IMG/VR virus record: IMGVR_UViG_3300035002_000018
Span: 1-47,489 of that record
DNA length: 47,489 bases
Reading direction: 5' to 3' (one strand)
Source: a virus
Taxonomy: Duplodnaviria; Caudoviricetes
A program made the translations under genes and the position numbers. The notes beneath the pieces were generated by a model. That model was not told where the DNA came from. It made no database searches and worked only from the letters and a program-made list of their open reading frames with translations. Of this stretch, positions 44,998-47,489 are shown in pieces; position 1 is the stretch's first letter; every line of letters starts with the position of its first letter.

Positions 44998-45566
44998 AGA
45001 CATACACCATCAAAAAAGACCGGCACCAGGCAAAGCCTGCACAGTACGGGCTATTCATTGGCCGGGTGCATCTGCGGTACCAGGTGCAATTCACCGAGAG
45101 CTGCCGGTACTACCTGGAAGGGATCGACAGCCTTGATATCAACAAACTGATCGGCGTTGCCTATGTTAGTTTCCCGGCTATCTGGTTTGTGCTGAAGTCG
45201 TATTTCAATGCCCTGCGAAAATGGAATGGTAAGTTGATCAAAGCCCTCCATCATTATGATTCAGCCAGGATCGGGTTCTCTTATAATGAAAAGGATGAGC
45301 GGATGATCCTGCATTCCTATTGTTACATCCAAGGTACCCGGGTAGACCGACCAATTACTTCAGTAACTATTCAGGAAATATTCATTGCCGATATACTGGC
45401 CCACCGGCACGGTGAGTATTGCCTGACCATTGAGAAGGAAGAGAAAAGCATTTACCACGGCGAAAAGAAAAAGCACTCCCGTTGGTTCAGCTATCTTCTT
45501 TCGCTGATGTTTGGCGGTAACAGGGCGGCAACTCATAACATGAAAATCAAAATGAAAAAGCTATGA
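44994..45566 (+). CDS. Hypothetical protein
   Basis: ATGA-coupled ORF. Confidence 0.65.
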   Translation: MKTYTIKKDRHQAKPAQYGLFIGRVHLRYQVQFTESCRYYLEGIDSLDINKLIGVAYVSFPAIWFVLKSYFNALRKWNGKLIKALHHYDSARIGFSYNEKDERMILHSYCYIQGTRVDRPITSVTIQEIFIADILAHRHGEYCLTIEKEEKSIYHGEKKKHSRWFSYLLSLMFGGNRAATHNMKIKMKKL

Positions 45567-46036
45567 GCAAAATACTTTTCTGCGATGATCAGAAAGCGAT
45601 CATTGCTAAATATGGGAAACCGTCCAAAGAACCGGATTATCTGGTATCCTTCCCGGCGCCATACCCGTTGTATTATGATGGCAAGCTCGTAAAATCCATC
45701 CGCTGTCATAAGCTGATCAAAGAACCATTACAAGCGGCCATGACAGAAGTGGCAGAAGTGTATTCTGAAGAAGAAAGAAGGGAACTGGGGCTCGATCAGT
45801 GGGGGGGCTGTTATAATTACCGGTTGATGCGGGGCGGCACAGAACTTTCCACCCATAGCTGGGGGATTGCTGTTGACTACGATCCTGCCCGGAATCAATT
45901 AAAGTGGGGAAAGGATAAAGCCAGGCTGGCAAAGGATGACTGTAAGCCGTTCTTCGATATTTTTTACAAACATGGTTTTGTAAGCCTTGGCAGGGAGAGG
46001 AATTATGATTGGATGCACCTGCAGATTAATAAATGA
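45563..46036 (+). CDS. Endolysin, M15-family peptidase
   Basis: GCYNYR.MRGG..LSTHSWGIAVD ... DWMHLQ. Confidence 0.88.
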   Translation: MSKILFCDDQKAIIAKYGKPSKEPDYLVSFPAPYPLYYDGKLVKSIRCHKLIKEPLQAAMTEVAEVYSEEERRELGLDQWGGCYNYRLMRGGTELSTHSWGIAVDYDPARNQLKWGKDKARLAKDDCKPFFDIFYKHGFVSLGRERNYDWMHLQINK

Positions 46037-46203
46037 CTCATTCCATTGACTATAAGGGATATACAATTTACTGTGAAAACGGGTTATACTATATTGGTAC
46101 AATCCCTCACAAAAAGTATTTCACATTTCAGGCGGCAAAGGATGAAGTTGATAAAAAAGAGGAGGGAAGTTCTATTGTTGATTTACGAAAGCTAAAAAAT
46201 TAA
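46033..46203 (+). CDS. 56-aa hypothetical protein
   Basis: Read by hand (MTHSIDYKGYTIYCENG...); ATGA overlap. Confidence 0.5.
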   Translation: MTHSIDYKGYTIYCENGLYYIGTIPHKKYFTFQAAKDEVDKKEEGSSIVDLRKLKN

Positions 46204-46204
46204 T

Positions 46205-47215
46205 ATGCCGGGGAGTAAGACATCTGAATTAGGATTAACTGCAAGGCGTTACAGATCAGAATATGGTATGGAGATGCCTACATCGAAGCTCGCAAGGATT
46301 ATGTATAAAGAAAATACTTTGCTATTTGACAATGTTGAGCATGCAAGAAAGGTGTTAAGGTATCACGAAGGAAAGGACGGAGATAAATCGAGGAAAAAGT
46401 TAACTGATAGGACTTTTGTAATGGAAGAAGCCCGGCCTTATAACCCGTATTCATTGCCTAAAAGCGATGAATCTATATATGTTCCTTTCGAGATAAAAGG
46501 ACACAAAAGGATAGCTGTTTTCACTGATATACACGTTCCTTTTCATTCGATTGATGCAATAACAGCCGGTATCAGATATTGTAAAAATGAAAAGCCGGAT
46601 GCTTTATTACTTAACGGGGACACATTGGACTGCCACAAGTTGAGTCGGTTTATCAAAGACCCAAAAAAAAGAGACTTCGCAACGGAACTTGAAGTATTCA
46701 AGTCACTGATTGAAGTGTTTGAAAAGCAGTTAAAATGCAGAATATATTTTAAGGTCGGCAACCACGAAGAACGGTATGAAAATTTTTTACTGGAGAAGGC
46801 GAAAGAGTTAAAAGGGGTTAAAGAATTTGAATTAGAAAATATCATTAAAGCGAGGGCGAAAGGTATTGATTTTATTTCAGATAAGCGGGTCGTCAAGATA
46901 AATGAACTACACGGTATACACGGTCATGAATACGTTGGCGGAATATCAGCCCCAGTAAACCCGGCAAGGGGATTGTTTTTAAGAGGTAAAGTTTGCTGCT
47001 TTCAGGGACACAACCACCAAACCAGTGAACATACAGAGCCAACCATGTCAGGAAAGATGATTACCACATGGTCAATAGGCTGCTTGAGTGAATTACACCC
47101 AGCCTATATGCCGCTAAATAAATGGAATCATGGCCTGATGTTGATTGATGTAGATAGCAATGGGCAAGATTACGAAGTAAGAAATAAACGAATTTATAAA
47201 GGGGAGGTTTTATAA
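46205..47215 (+). CDS. Calcineurin-like metallophosphoesterase
   Basis: DIH, GD..D, GNHE, HGH, GHNH motifs. Confidence 0.88.
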   Translation: MPGSKTSELGLTARRYRSEYGMEMPTSKLARIMYKENTLLFDNVEHARKVLRYHEGKDGDKSRKKLTDRTFVMEEARPYNPYSLPKSDESIYVPFEIKGHKRIAVFTDIHVPFHSIDAITAGIRYCKNEKPDALLLNGDTLDCHKLSRFIKDPKKRDFATELEVFKSLIEVFEKQLKCRIYFKVGNHEERYENFLLEKAKELKGVKEFELENIIKARAKGIDFISDKRVVKINELHGIHGHEYVGGISAPVNPARGLFLRGKVCCFQGHNHQTSEHTEPTMSGKMITTWSIGCLSELHPAYMPLNKWNHGLMLIDVDSNGQDYEVRNKRIYKGEVL

Positions 47216-47285
47216 TGGCTAACAAAGATATTCCGATAATGAAAAAGAAAAAACATGGCATTGAAAGAATAAAAACCGATTACTG

Positions 47286-47489
47286 ATGGCAAAGAAGATC
47301 AAAATAGAACTTGACTTTGACCACGGCCAAAAGGTTTATTTGGTCACTGATCCAGAACAGCTAGAAAGGGTTGTAGGCGATATACGGCTGGTTCCCGGAG
47401 GCGTAGCAATCTATTATCTTAAATGCGGAACCGAAGAAAGCGAACATTATGAATTTGAGATCAGTGATACCAAAAAAGTAATTGAATAA
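47286..47489 (+). CDS. Hypothetical protein
   Basis: ORF ending at the window edge. Confidence 0.6.
   Translation: MAKKIKIELDFDHGQKVYLVTDPEQLERVVGDIRLVPGGVAIYYLKCGTEESEHYEFEISDTKKVIE

Larger units (their letters stand above)
1..47489 (+). mobile_element. Temperate siphovirus-like prophage/phage of a Bacteroidota host (near-complete; no att sites or terminal integrase seen in the window)
   Basis: Lambdoid module order CI/Cro - early - replication - terminase - portal - capsid - tail - tape measure - lysis; TAnnTTTG promoter motifs. Confidence 0.93.

Noticed and set aside
1-47489. tRNA/rRNA genes or alternative genetic code
   Set aside because: None recognised; core genes are intact under the standard code.

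Overview
The window is a near-complete temperate siphovirus-type (pro)phage of a Bacteroidota host. Host evidence: TAnnTTTG -7 promoters, A-rich ribosome-binding regions without Shine-Dalgarno sequences, signal peptides ending in A|Q, and a DUF4373 initiator. Gene order: leftward CI repressor operon with membrane/lipoprotein genes; Cro and early genes (ERF annealase, HNH, C5 methyltransferase, minimal PolX, DUF559 nuclease); DUF4373 initiator plus DnaB; an accessory locus at ~12.37-16.70 kb; then terminases, portal, scaffold, capsid, tail, tape measure, fibres and lysis genes. The standout is the accessory locus, an integron-like array of six gene cassettes. The cassettes are separated by attC-like hairpins with relaxed WWC/GWW cores (AAC, TAC, ATC). 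The array ends 38 bp upstream of a tyrosine recombinase that lacks the IntI-specific insertion. Four cassettes, plus half of a fifth, carry an internal 23-24 nt reverse complement of the junction that would exist only if that cassette were excised and circularised; one of these copies lies inside a coding sequence. These copies define the mobile units and place the crossover. Stem mismatches are mostly G.T on the + strand, which implies strand-specific single-strand folding. All protein calls come from motif recognition by eye; no searches were run, so novelty is unverified.
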